64,000 nucleotides of DNA from Anthoceros angustus (taxonomy: Eukaryota; Plantae; Anthocerotophyta). The notes under the pieces are model-generated. The model saw only the letters and a list, made by a program, of their open reading frames with translations. It was not told the DNA's origin and did not search any database. This document shows, one piece after another, positions 1 through 14,509 of this stretch. The stretch is from contig MU008159.1 in the NCBI GenBank assembly GCA_010909165.1, forward strand, positions 1,860,001-1,924,000, read 5' to 3'. Position 1 is the stretch's first letter. Every line of letters starts with the position of its first letter. Position numbers and translations under genes: made by a program.

Positions 1-136
1 CGCAGCTTAGCCACGTACCTTTGCCGGCTCCCAGTAGCCAACTCTCGGATCTGTACACATCCAGCACTTGTACAGACTGCAAATACAGACTGCAAATTCA
101 GGCTGCAAATCTTGTACAGACTGTAAGAATGACAAC

Positions 137-2175
137 TTACATTAGCACACAATTACAGACAAAACAAGCAAAAATATACAACCTAAACCTATTGAATACA
201 AACCTACTTACAGACTGGTGGTCGGATGGTGAACACTTCTGCCTTTTTGATGCATCCATTCTCTTTCTGGCCTCCTCGTCCATCATCCGCTTGAGTAATT
301 CCTCTCTTTGAACTTGCAGATGCTGTTCTTTTCCCCTCTGCATTTGAAGCTCAACTTTTTGCACTTGAACTCTCCTTTCCTCACTTTTCCTTCGCTGGAT
401 CTCCAAAGCTCTTTCTTTCATCTTCATCATTTTGTACTCTTGCTCTCTTGCCAAATAGACCTTGGCCAAATTCTATTCAAACTCCAAATCAGACTTAAGC
501 AAACCTGATGGGATACCACCAGGAGGCACTGCTACCACCTCTCCAGGTGATGTGACATTCTCACCTCGCTGCTCCATAGCTGTAGAGGCAACCACAACTT
601 CATCTATGTCAAACGATTGATTTGCCACTTAAACAGCATCAGTAGCTACACCAGATCAGAATCATCTGACTCACAGCTACAGGAGCGCATTCAATCTGCA
701 TCAACAAAATATTAATTAAAAACCTCATAACAGGAATCATAAATACAAAAACTTCAACTCCACCTGCAACTCTTCCGGGAGAGTAATTTGAAAAACAGGG
801 GACCCTGCCTTCCCTCTACCAAGAATTCTATGAGACAATAAAAAATTAAATACCTATAAAATTTGCAAAAACACAACATAAACAATGATATCAAAAGTTA
901 CCTCTTCAAGTTGAGAAGATACAACCACTTCAGGAATATCTGGATCTCCACGCAAATCATCTCTCATGCTATTCAATTCTTCATTCAAAAGTGTAGGAAA
1001 ATTTTTCTTTTCTCCAGGGATCATACTGCAAATAGCAACAGCCTGCTGAGCTTTTTTCGTATGATCGTACCTAAAACACACAAAAGTAAGGTTTTAGAAC
1101 TGCTAAGAAAAAACCGGAAAGCAGCACATATAAGCAACCATAATTACCTCTAGAAACCGGCTTCAGTTTTATGACTAGTAACAGTTCTACCCCCAGCAGA
1201 GGGCACCTAAGCAAGCTGAAATCTTGTTATCATTGTAATCCGACAACCTTTATTACTGTAATGGTCTTTAAGTCCCACAGCATCCGCCATGCTCTTCATT
1301 AACTTTGTAAGCATTCCCTTGGACACACGATCTTTAGCATACCAGGCCTGCCAAAAGCAATCATAAGAAACTGCAACAAGTTAAAAGACACTCAAAACAC
1401 AAACATTGAGCAAAGTAAACTTACATGGCCTCTATGGTTGTCAATGGGAGTCTAGTTGAACAAAAATCCTTGGATATCTTTCTTGTCTTAGTTTGTCCAA
1501 ACGGGTAAATGGTCTATCACAGCTTTGAAGGTTTGAACAACATCGCCCTCGTGCATCTTGACAGGGGGTCGAAAATGTTCAGCCTAATAGTTTCTCATGT
1601 CAAATTTGTTGTTCTTGCTCAGCCTTTCTGTATACCTGGCAGAACAATATAGTACTTAGCACTAATTATACACATCATAGTAGACAAGCAAAATACAAAA
1701 CTTACACCACGAAATCTCCAGCTGAGTCTTTGGAAAAATTGAAGTCCGCAATCTTTGAATCGTATAACTCCTCTCCTTCCCGGACCCAGACCTGGATATA
1801 CAATAGTAGGCACACCTGCAAGGAATATGAATTAGCAGCTTTAACTTTGGTTCTGCTTTCAATACACTCAAAAGAAAATCAGGGAAAGCCAATTAGCACC
1901 TTCACCTTTTCTGAGCCCCTCTTGGAAAAGTATTCTGATGGTCAGGATGGTTGAGGATCAAAAGTTCCTCATCATCTGTGATGAGCTTTGTCTCCTTTCT
2001 AGCAGAGATTATACCCATGTCCTTGCTAATCTTCATTGATGCAACAAGGGCAGCCTGTGCACCTGTAAAGCAAATGAAACATATTTATCATGGGGACATG
2101 ATTCCCAAGTGACTCTGCTCCAAAGTGCATTTCTGCACAAGGATTCTATTGAATCCACGAAACAATGACATAAGC
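137..2175 (-). pseudogene. Crypton-type tyrosine recombinase (DUF3504-like), spliced, inactivated by premature stops and at least one frameshift
   Basis: Manual minus-strand translation across GT-AG introns gives Crypton YR motifs in order: KLITDDEELLILNHPDHQNTFPRG; CAYYC..VWVREGEELYDSKIADF (box I Arg); YTERLSKNNK; AWYAKDRVSKGMLTKLMKSMADAVGLKDHYSNKGCRITMITRF (cf. NHSLRATAITRL); VTSHKTEAGF*R-intron(1071-1147)-YDH (His and catalytic Tyr). A coiled-coil tail follows (ORF 137-469). Several in-frame TAG/TAA stops. Confidence 0.8.
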
Positions 2176-2589
2176 CTGCCAAAACAAAGCCACAAATTAG
2201 GACAATGAAACAACTGACGATTAACTTAAATACTGACACGATTCAGGATAATGAAAGTCAAACTACCGCTTCAGGACAGAAACACTTTGTATCCCTTGTA
2301 CTTTGAACTTGGTGGAAAAAACGTATTAGAAGGAGGTTAAGATCCTTTACAGGTATGTCTTCAATCACAGCAACTCACCGTTTGACACCACTGATCTTCA
2401 TAAAATAACACGATAATTTTTGAAGGGGATATCGACCCCTTGTCACGAAGAACACCTTTCCTAGAAACGACATATGTGCCCTACTTTGATAATGCACACA
2501 CCCTTTACGAGGTCATATCTTTGATAAAAGATGCACTTTCAAGTCTACACCCGAGAACTGGAGCACAATAGGGTGTGGGCCCGTCTGCG

Positions 2590-5500
2590 TTTTGTAGAAT
2601 GCATAGAGGGCTGCCATTTTCATATGTTTATTACAACCGAAAACTTTTACTTTCAAGTGGTGGAACACAATGAAAACAATCTTGTACTAGCGGAGTCTTA
2701 TTTCAATGGTCGTGAGAACATTGCAACAAACAAGCTAAAGGAGAAGTGGTCATCGGCATCGACAATAGTCATTCAAGAGTGCGGCGGCTCATCATCCATG
2801 CCTTGGCCCGGGTCAAGTACCACCGCCATATTCGAGGCGGTCCATATCCTCCGCCTCGAAGTTGTCGTTCTCCTCCATTGCTTGCTCGTCTTCAATAGTA
2901 TCATTCTTGGGCCGGCCGGCGGTGTCGGCCACTGCTAGCATCTGGCGACCCTCATCCAAAAGGTCGCGATCGTGGTCTTCAACCTTCGGCACTCAATGCA
3001 ACCACTTGGGCTTTAAGGCAATGCTAGCGTCCTTAAAATGAACAAAGTTAGTTGCCCATGCGCCCATGCAAGCATCCTTAAAATCAACAAAATTGAGTTG
3101 TTAAGGAGATACGGGTTTCGAGCGAAAAACCTACTCATTGCTACACTTATTTCCCAAACACTTGACCAACAATCCCAAGTTCCATTATTTTGGAGCCGCT
3201 AAATATATATTTTCTTGAAGACAGCTTATGAGGAGCCGCGCCCATGGGTAGCGCAGGGTGTGCTAGGGGAGGCGCCGGCCGGCCAGCGCCAGCCAGGCGT
3301 GTGGGGGCGCGGCGGCGCCATGGGCGGGTGCTAGGGGAGGCGCCGGCGGCCGGTGCCCATGGGCGGTGTGCTAGGGGAGGCGCGGCGGCGGCGCCCATGG
3401 GCGGTGTGCTAGGGGAGGCGGCGGCCGGCGCCATGGGCGGTGTGCTAGGGGAGGCGCCGGCGGCGCCGGCGGCGTGTTGAGGGCGGCCGGCGGCGCCCAT
3501 GGGTGTGCTAGGCGCGGCCGGCGCGCCATGGGGGTGTGCTAGGGGAGGCGCCGGCCGGCCCATGGCAGTGTGCTAGGGGAGGCGGCGGCGCCCATGCTGG
3601 GGAGGCGCGGCCGGCCGGCGGCGCCCTCCTGCACCATCCTACGGTGCATCTCGGGTGAAGCTAGGGGGACAAGAAGGGCAGCGGTATCCTATCACCGATG
3701 GAAGGTGTGGCCCATTTGCGGGAAGGGTTAAAAGATTTGCGTCCATAAGGTATTGAAGAGTACAAGTGGTGGGAAGCCTTTTGGGTGGACGGAAGGAGAT
3801 TGCTATCATTGTGGAGAATAACATTGGGCTAGTGCTACACGTCCTTGGAAGTGGTTTTCACGTGTAGAAGTGGATCATGACTGACCACTTCAAGTGCGGA
3901 TGAAGCTTTGCTAGATGAGGCATTATTGAGGACCTCCACGCGTGATATGTACTTGGGGCATATCAAAATGCGGGAAGGCAAGCTGGAAATGGCACGGATG
4001 AATGGGGACATACAATCGAGAGGGATGTTTACGGCGTGCCGTGCAATACGGACGCATACTAGGCCATTACGGATTGGGAGGTCATTGGCGTGAAGCTAAC
4101 GCACCACGACCTCACTTTCTTATCCACTAGTATCGGACCGAGCACAGATGCGTATGAAGGAGATATGTGCGGGGAATACATAGTCGCGAGTGGTAACCCA
4201 TCGGTCCAATCTTGGGAAAAAGGGAATAAGGTCCATTACCTAAAAACATACAGAGGTATTTGTAGAATGCATAGAGGGCTGCCATTTTCATATGTTTATT
4301 ACAACCGAAAACTTTTACTTTCAAGTGGTGGAACACAATGAAAACAATCTTGTACTAGCGAGTCTTATTTCAATGGTCGTGAGAACATTGCAACAAACAA
4401 GCTGCTAAAGGAAGAAGTGGTCATCGGCATCGACAATAGTCATTCAAGAGTGCGGCTGGCGACTCATCCATGCCTTGCGCGGGTCAAGTACCGCCATATT
4501 AGGAGGCGGTCCATATCCTCCGCCTCGAAGTTGTCGTTCTCCTCCATTGCTTGCTCGTCTTCAATAGTACCATTCTTGGGCCCGGTCAGCGGTGTCGGCC
4601 ACCGACATCTAGCATCTGTGACCCTCATCCAAAAGGTCGCGATCGTGGTCTTCAACCTTCGGCACTCAATGCAACCACTTGGGCTTTAAGGCAATGCTAG
4701 CGTCCTTAAAATGAACAAAGTTAGTTGCCCATGCGCCCATGCAAGCATCCTTAAAATCAACAAAATTGAGTTGTTAGGAAGATACGGGTTTGAACGCAAC
4801 CTATTCATTACTACACTTATTTCCCAAACACTTGACCAACAATCCCAAGTTGCAACTCTTGAGGCGCTAAATATATATTTTGAAGACAGCCTATGAGGAG
4901 CCCATGGGGCGCCGCCGGCGCCCATGGGTGGGGCAGGTGTGCTGGGGAGGCGCCGGCCGGCGGCGGGCGTGTGGGGGCGGCCGGCCGCCGTGTGCTAGGA
5001 GGCCCGTGTGCCCATGGGCGGTGTGCTAGGGGAGGCCGGCGCCCATGGGCAGTGTGCTAGGGGAGGGCGCGGCGGCGCCCATGGGCGGGTGCTAGGGGCG
5101 CCGGCGCCCATGGGGCGCCGGCCGGCGGGCGTGTTGAGGGGCGGCGGCAGTGTGCTAGGGGCGCGGCGGCGCCATGGGCGGTGTGCTAGGGGAGGCGCCG
5201 GCCGGCGCGCAGTGTGCTAGGGGAGGCGGCCGGCCGGCCGGCGCGCATCTTGAGGCGCGGTCGGCGCCCTCCCTGCACCATCCTACGGTGCATGCGGGTG
5301 AAGCTAGGGGGACAAGAAGGGCAGCGGTATCCTATCACCGATGGAAGGTGTGGCCCATTTGCGGAAGGGTTAAAAGATTTGCGTCCATAAGTGGGTTGAA
5401 GAGTACAAGTGGTGGGAAGCCTTTTGGGTGGACGGAAGGAGATTGCTATCATTGTGGAGAATAACATTGGGCTAGTGCTACACGTCCTTGGAAGTGGTTT

Positions 5501-5898
5501 TCACGTAGAAGTGGATCATCTGACCACTTCAAGTGCGGATGAAGCTTTGCTAGATGAGGCATTATTGAGGGACCTCCACAGTGATATGTAGGGCATATCA
5601 AAATGCGGGAAGGCAAGCTGGAAATGGCACGGATGAATGGGGACATAAAATCAGGAGGGATGTTTACGGCGTGCCGTGCAATACGGACACGCATACTAGG
5701 CCATTACGGATTGGGAGGTCATTGACGTGAAGCTAAGCGCCACGACCTCACTTTCTTATCCACTAGTATCGGACCGAGCACAGATGCGTATGAAGGAGAT
5801 ATGTGCGGGGAATACATAGTCGCGAGTGGTAACCCATCGGTCCAATCTTGGGAAAAAGGGAATAAGGTCCATTACCTAAAAACATACGAGGTATTTGT
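2590..5898. repeat. Direct tandem duplication, unit ~1.65 kb (2590-4259 / 4260-5898)
   Basis: Both copies start TTGTAGAATGCATAGAGGGCTGCCATTTTCATATG. ORF-track peptides recur (MLFSTMIAISFRPPKRLPTTCTLQ at 3824 and 5467; GEYIVASGNPSVQSWEKGNKVHYLKTY twice). Confidence 0.92.
3240..3625. repeat. GC-rich minisatellite (GTGTGCTAGGGGAGGCGCCGGC...CCCATGGGCG units); second copy at ~4900-5270
   Basis: About 8-10 degenerate ~35-40 bp units are visible directly in each copy of the duplication. Confidence 0.85.
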
Positions 5899-7713
5899 AG
5901 ATGAAACGTCATCTGTATTATGGGTTTGTGTTGAGCATGCGGAAACATCATGTGGTGGACAAAAAGCGATAAGGGATAAGCTCTGCGAGTTGCGTGGCTT
6001 CATACAACTGCGAGTCAAAGTGTCGGGAAGATAGTGATGACAATGGAGGAAAAAGGACCTGGACCAAGTGATGACGATGGATTGAACTACGGGGATGAGT
6101 GGCGAAATCTCGTTTTCCGGGGTCCCGAGTTAATGTTGTAAGTCCGGTTCTTGATGTTTACGTGTTAGGAAATACCTGTGGCTTTTGTGGTGTCATAACA
6201 AAACCACATTTCCATCCCAAAGCGAGTTCTGATCGTCCACCGTGAGCGGCCTTCCTCACCGTTCCTACTTTGCATCATTCCCTAGGTTCGAGTTTGCGAC
6301 CACCATTCGACACAAACATTCTTTGGATGGAAAGTAGTAACTTTCTTGGGTGACACCCTTTTTGGTTGTTTTCCGAATGCCTTCAAAACGCTATTTTAGG
6401 GCCCATCAAAAACCCCCTTCAGAGATTATTTGCGGAAAACCCCCTTCGAGATTATTAACCCCCTTCAAAAATTATCGTGTTAAATTTTGAAACCTACTTG
6501 TGGAGTGAGGTTTTGCGTCTAGAGACACAAGGAGGCCCACATTCACCCTCTATGTCGTTATAGTCCTAGGATTCGTTCCCAAGGGAATGGTTTTGTGTCA
6601 AGATGTTCTAAAACTATGAATTCTAGTCCTCCTACAAATCAGTTCCTACCCAGCTGTAATCAACCACCGTGCCCGAGTCCACCACCACCGGACCCGGGTC
6701 CACCACCGTGGTAAGTTCGGCCACCGCCATGGTGGGTTCGGCCACCGCGGTGGCTGATTCAGCCACTATGGTGGGACCCACCCGACCAGCGCGCGCGCAT
6801 CGCGATCGGCTATTTGGCGCCCGGTTCCCATACCACGCCCGTTAAGGGCTATGGTCCTATGCACACAAATCCACATGTACACCAAATCACACTCATGTGG
6901 ATTCACACCCAGAGCACACTAGTGGATGCACACCATGGCCACGCACGCCGCGGCACCTCACTCCGTCGCTGATTCCCTTTGACCCCACCACACAATTTAT
7001 TCCCAATCTTCCTCAGCATTCCGCGTTTTCCAGGCTCTCGCGCTCACCACTTCCTATTATCTCACAGCCTTTCTAGACTCCTCTTCACACATCGGCTCAC
7101 TCACCCACTTTCTCACAGGCCCTCATACACCCCCGCGCACAAAATGTTCCCACAGATCCTCCTCTCTTAGGCCACACAGACCTCACCTTGGAATTAGACA
7201 CAATCTGGTTAGACAGCGGGTTGGGAAGGAAAGAAAAAAACAGCTGGTCAGCACCAAGGGCGATTCGCACACCCACGATCTCACCCCGGTCCCCTGCGGG
7301 AATCTCCCTCTCCTAGCATGCGTTGAGCCCCCCTCACCACTAGTCACCCCAGAAGCGGAGCTTGGTCACTCAGCTCTCGACCATCCAGGGATCTCCCCGG
7401 CCCTCTTGTGACGAGAGGACAACACACCGAATCAGTCCATCATCGATCGAACGTCTCCAACCAACCACGCGCGCAGATTCGACACACACGAGCTCACACC
7501 TGAAATTGTCTAACGAGAGAGTCGCGAAGGGGTCTCTTGTACATCCGGCCGTGGAGCGCCATAACTCACTTTTCCAGTGTCTAAAAAAATATGGCTAACC
7601 TACCACGAGCGCACCTACCAATTCAGGTACCTCCAGATTCACAGGCTTCCCTAGCACCTTATCCTCTAATCTAAGTGAAAGCCCTTGACCTATGATGCCA
7701 CTTCCCTCTAAAA

Positions 7714-9117
7714 TCAGCGCGCCCATCTCCGCTGTGGCCGCCTAGCCCTGCGGCCCATGGGTGTTCCCCTCGCTCTCCTACCATGCCTCTGATCCAGAAG
7801 ATCCTCCCTTAATATCTCCACCTCACTCCCGCTATCCGAGGTCCTTTCACTCCTCCCAGGAGGTGCCGCCCGTCTACTGCCCCCGCGCACGTTTCCTCGC
7901 TCCTCATCACTGGACAGCCACACAGTGCGTTCCTCCTTCCACGCACTGGCCTCCGCCTCGCTCATTTCCTCGAGCACAACCTGTGAAGGGTATGCCCCGG
8001 CTCCCATTCGAAGGAACCACTGGTAGGAACCAGTGGCAGTTAGGATGTGTAGCTAGTAGTCTCTGCCCCCTCCTGTCCCAACAACCACATAGACATTTAG
8101 AGTGAGCACCCGCTCACCATACAGGCAGAAGCCAGGGACATGAGCATCCTCATCTAGACGCCGCAGCACAATACGCCCTTCTGCTAAAGAGGTCCTCATC
8201 CTCTCCTCCCGTGGACAATCCTGGGCTGACTGCTTCCTGGAATCCGAGGGAGTTGCATCCCCTCCTGCAGCGCTCCTGACGGTGGCTTCCCCCACCTCGG
8301 GTCCTTCTTCCGCGACGGTGGCCGTCTCCACCACCGTGGTGGCTGTTTCCTCAACGGTGGTGTTTTGACCACCGCGGCAGGTGGCCTCGCCCCTTCTTGA
8401 CTGCCCGTCTCTCTTGCCCCTGGCCCTAGCTTCATCTCTCTCCCGCTTATACCTCTCCGCTAGCTTCTTGAACTTCTCTAGAGGTGCCAACGTCTCCACT
8501 TGTTCTTGGGCCCGCGAAATTTCATTCTGGAGCTCCTCAATCGTGGCATGCGCCCCCTTCACTTGGATCACCAGGGCCTCCTGTTGGTGGACATAACCCT
8601 CAGCTCCTCCTGTGCCTTGCTTAGTGACTCTTCACACTCCCGCTTGCGGCCCTCCGCTGCCTTTTTCTCGCTCTCCACTCCCTTCAATTTTTCCTTGAGC
8701 AGCTTCTCTTGCTGCCCTTGCATACTAAGCCAGGTGAGAGCCATGGCTACCTGGTCGAGAAGATCCGACTGGGTCTGAGTCATTGCCGAAGTCAGACCCT
8801 GCAAGTCACTAAATTGGGCTGTTCCAGTGCCCATCCCCTTCCACAGCAAGCCCCGTACTCAAGCTGTGTCACTTGCCTCCACCCCAGCTGGACAGGTCAA
8901 AGGAGTATCTCCAAAAATGTCCTTCAACTCCGGTGGGAATCCTGCTGCCGGAGTTAACCCTTCCTCTCCTGGGGGTTGGTCTGCAACTGCCTCCTCATTC
9001 ATAAAAAACTCCTCGAACAGTTGCAACTCGTCCTCCAAACCAGCAGGGGGAATAACCCGCCGTTTCCCTTTTGCCTTCCCCTCCTTCTCCCACGGCTTTG
9101 CTGTTGTCTTTGACCTG
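7714..9117 (-). mobile_element. Decayed coiled-coil/low-complexity ORFs, probably a retrotransposon accessory-gene fragment
   Basis: Overlapping broken minus-strand ORFs (8568-8849, 8053-8571, 7714-8007) with heptad-like E/K/R-rich sequence. They abut the truncated Copia gag. No diagnostic domain was recognised. Confidence 0.35.
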
Positions 9118-9721
9118 GCACACTCGCTCAATTGTGAGAGAACATAATCTGACACTTTCAGGATAATATTAGCCAAGGCTTTCACATCCTTGTCTATATC
9201 CTTTTCAGAAGCGCCATTTGGAAGTGTATTTTCTACAAACTTCCACAATCCTTTATCAATGAGAAGAGATTTTAGCTTCAACTTCCATAGTGTGAAGTTC
9301 CTGCCATTAAACTTCTCCACTTGACACGTAGTCTCTATATGCACGCCTCTGGAAGCCATGCAAAGACGAGAGAAAAGTTCCTCGCACCAAAACTACTACC
9401 AAGCTTCACAAAATTGCAAACAAGCTTTCACATATACTTAGTCTCCGTATCTACAAACAATGCGATAAAAGGCAAGTGGCATCAGTCCCACACAAGGTCC
9501 ATGCTCTGATATTATATTAGAAAATAGTAAGTCCTAAGTTCAGTATATTAAAAATGATATACTATACATACATATATAATCCTTGGCCTTGTCATATTCT
9601 CGCTAATTATGAACCCTATCGGGATCCTATGGGGTTGTCCTATATACTTCTAGCTTGGACTTATTCTCATAATTCTAATATGATATGGGATGTGTTATAC
9701 CAATCCTATATATTTCTAACA
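9118..9721 (-). mobile_element. Ty1/Copia 5' remnant: LTR (9515-9721), Met-tRNA PBS (9503-9514) and gag N-terminus (9359 to ~9118)
   Basis: On the minus strand the LTR begins TGTTAGAAA and ends TTCTAA-TA (decayed CA). It is followed by TAATATCAGAGC (decayed TGGTATCAGAGC). The gag start reads VEKFNGRNFTLWKLKLKSLLIDKGLWKFVE...ALANIILKVSDYVLSQLSEC, typical of Copia gag. Confidence 0.85.
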
Positions 9722-9922
9722 GACGCCACGCCCTCATCGCCACGGTCCCCGGCGGGCCCCGTGCCTGTCCCCCGGCCTTGTTGCCTAATGATGAGGATTC
9801 ACGTCCCTATCGGAGTGAAAGGCGTCCGGACAAAAAAGAATATCCTTGTGCCCTGCGGTTGGACACTGTACTACATACTAGTCAGGAGAGAGCCAGGTTC
9901 ACACTAGGAGGGCGCACCCGGT

Positions 9923-11682
9923 CTACAAGAGGTGGCGCCCGACGCGGACATCAGGCCTGCCCACTCGCCGCCGCCTACCTGCCAGGGCTTCCAGGAGCAC
10001 GCTCAGGGATGCGTCCACGGCGTCGGCGGACGCGTCCAGCGACCGAGTCCGAAGCTCTTGCTTGGTGTGGAGCTCCCGAAGCAAGGTTGCGGCTGCAGCC
10101 GCCGTGCACGTGCGGTCCATGGATGGTTGCGGCCTGTGAGGTGAACGGAGGCAGTCGAGCATGAGGAAGATGGCGTTTGCGGATGGAATGCGGAATTCAT
10201 GGAGCTCACCTCAGACCGTGCATGACGGACAGCGCGTCCGGGTTGAGGGCAACGCAAGGCATGCTCTTTCCTGCCCAGGCGGCGCTCGCGTGGTCCTGCA
10301 GGTGACCACACTGTGAGGGGATGGGACAAGGAAGATGAGGACATGGAGTTGAGATCTCAAGTGTTCTGTGCGGTGAGGAAACCGTGTGGTGAGGCACCTG
10401 GATGCGACTGATCATTGCCTTGGAGTTGCTCCACGTCCCGTCCATCAGGATGAAGTGCAAGGCTTCCTCGCTGTCATCCTGCAGTCGGGGCACGGGTTAG
10501 AAGTAGGATAAGAGAAGCCGGTAAGATTGTGATGTGGTGTGGTATATGCATACCGTGAATGCGTTTGTCGCTAGTGCCGGAGGGATCTTCATGTGCTGGA
10601 CGCCGGAATCAAGAGCAGACTGCTCGGGGAACAGGCACCATACGTGATCTTGACCTGTGCCACACATGATCATGGCCTTTGCGTTAAAGCAGGGGCAACC
10701 TGACTACCCCTGCTATTCAGGCAGCCCGGTGTGTAGCGTCGGACAGTGGGAAGGGATACCTGCCAGCTTGAAGACGTCCCACATGAAGGCTTCTTGCTCC
10801 GGTATGCCGCAGATGCACAGCCGGGCGGAACTAGGCCCGAACACTTGCAACAGGAGCTTGCCCGTGTTGTTCTTCCTGAGGAAATCCTAGCCACAGCAAC
10901 ATGCAGGATGAGCACCTTCGGATTCTGGATGGAGCACTCTTCGCAGTGGTCCTTCCTACCTTGGGATGCATGTACATCCAGAAGTTCACGCCCTTCCACA
11001 GAGAGGCCGCCACCACGCTCTTGCACATGCAGTCTCCCAGCGGAAGCCAGCACTGCCATCACCACAACGAAAGGTTGGAGCACAGGTTCCCTGATATGAC
11101 CAGCAGCGGAAAGTTAAGCGGCCATGCCGTCTGTCCTCCTACGTCTGTGCAGAGGTAGCCTGTGCTGCCAAGAATTCGGCAGGCAACCTGGCGAGCTGTG
11201 AAGAATTGCTGCTTCGCCTCCTTGTCTGCGAGGGAGCGGTAGAAGGCTCTGTGCCTAGCATCTTCTTCAGCTCCAGCACGCCCCTACATTCCACCGTAGG
11301 GTTAGTCCTGTCTACCCGGCGGACAATTCATCTTCCAGTTCCATCGCTTCAACCTACGGCCTACCTTGATGGATGCACGGGGACCTCCAAACACGAACTC
11401 CTGTCCCAGTTCTTGCTCCAGCGCCTTGAGGTTTCCGAACAATCTCCTCACCAGCTCTGGAGCTGTAGGGGATTTGGTGAAGGCCCACCAGGCTGCCATG
11501 AGATGGTCCTCTTGACCTACAGCCATCTCCCCATTGCGATCCAGCACGCTGCTCCATCGCAGACCCGACTCTGAAAGCATGCGTATGGTGCGGGGAAGGA
11601 CGTGACTCTCAGCCGCTCGACGGGCAAGCAACCCTGGAACCAGTGGTGGACATCGAAGGGCGAAGGCCGCGGAGCTTGGCAT
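9923..11682 (-). CDS. DTW domain-containing protein (tRNA-uridine aminocarboxypropyltransferase family), plant type, multi-exon
   Basis: Spliced exons give CWLPLGDCMCK, VNFWMYMHPK / DFLRKNNTGKLLLQVFG, HVWCLFP, EALHFILMDGTWSNSKAM (DTW motif) and PQPSMDRTCTAAAAATLL. Introns are GT-AG. The start codon is inferred. Confidence 0.88.
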
Positions 11683-11911
11683 CGGTGACACCACCACGGA
11701 CAGGAGCGTGTCTACATTCCGCCCTCAATCCGGAAAGAGTCGACGTTTTCTGGCGTTTTCCTTACATCAGGTAGTGCTGAAGGAGGCGATAAGTTGTAAC
11801 AGAAGAGAAGAATGGGTACCACAGACAAGTGGTTGCTCTATTCCAAGTGGTTCACGACATCCTTGACACCGACGACGGGCTACAAATTACAATCTGCTCA
11901 GTTGAATCCTG

Positions 11912-14149
<2,238 letters not shown>

Positions 14150-14447
14150 CGCGGTCCCCTGACCTTGGTGAAAGTAATCTGTGATCACCAAAAGGCACAG
14201 CGTCACGCTGAAATTAACGTGGTGCTGGAACACTGTCCAACAACTAAGTACAAGTCCACTCCCATTAATTTATGTAAACATTTGGCAGCACCTAATCCCA
14301 CACGTGCCATTTCGAGAGGAGTCCCAATTCGGAATTCTTTTATCTTTGTAGAAATGAAGATATTTAAAATTACCAAAAACTAAAAATAATTAAACAAATA
14401 ACTTGCGAAACAACTAATTTAGGATCGTAGACCAAATAGCGCACAAG

Positions 14448-14475
14448 TATGGAATACCGATCTCGTCAGGAAGCC
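14448..14475 (+). repeat. Left terminal inverted repeat (28 bp)
   Basis: 28/28 match to the reverse complement of 42267-42294; immediately preceded by CACAAG. Confidence 0.97.
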
Positions 14476-14509
14476 GGTGTGTGAGTTTTTTCTATTCTAC
14501 GGAAGATGC

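Larger units (their letters stand above)
2407..6481. mobile_element. Unidentified ~4-kb repeat element flanked by a 22-bp inverted repeat
   Basis: AACACGATAATTTTTGAAGGGG at 2407-2428 is the exact reverse complement of 6460-6481. Related AAAACCCCCTTC(A)GAGATTATT motifs are reiterated just inside the right copy. The interior has frameshifted coding-like sequence. No TSD or transposase was recognised. Confidence 0.4.

Noticed and set aside
137-469. Harbinger-associated Myb/SANT-like protein
   Set aside because: No trihelix motif is visible. The segment is collinear with, and better explained as, the coiled-coil tail of the Crypton gene.
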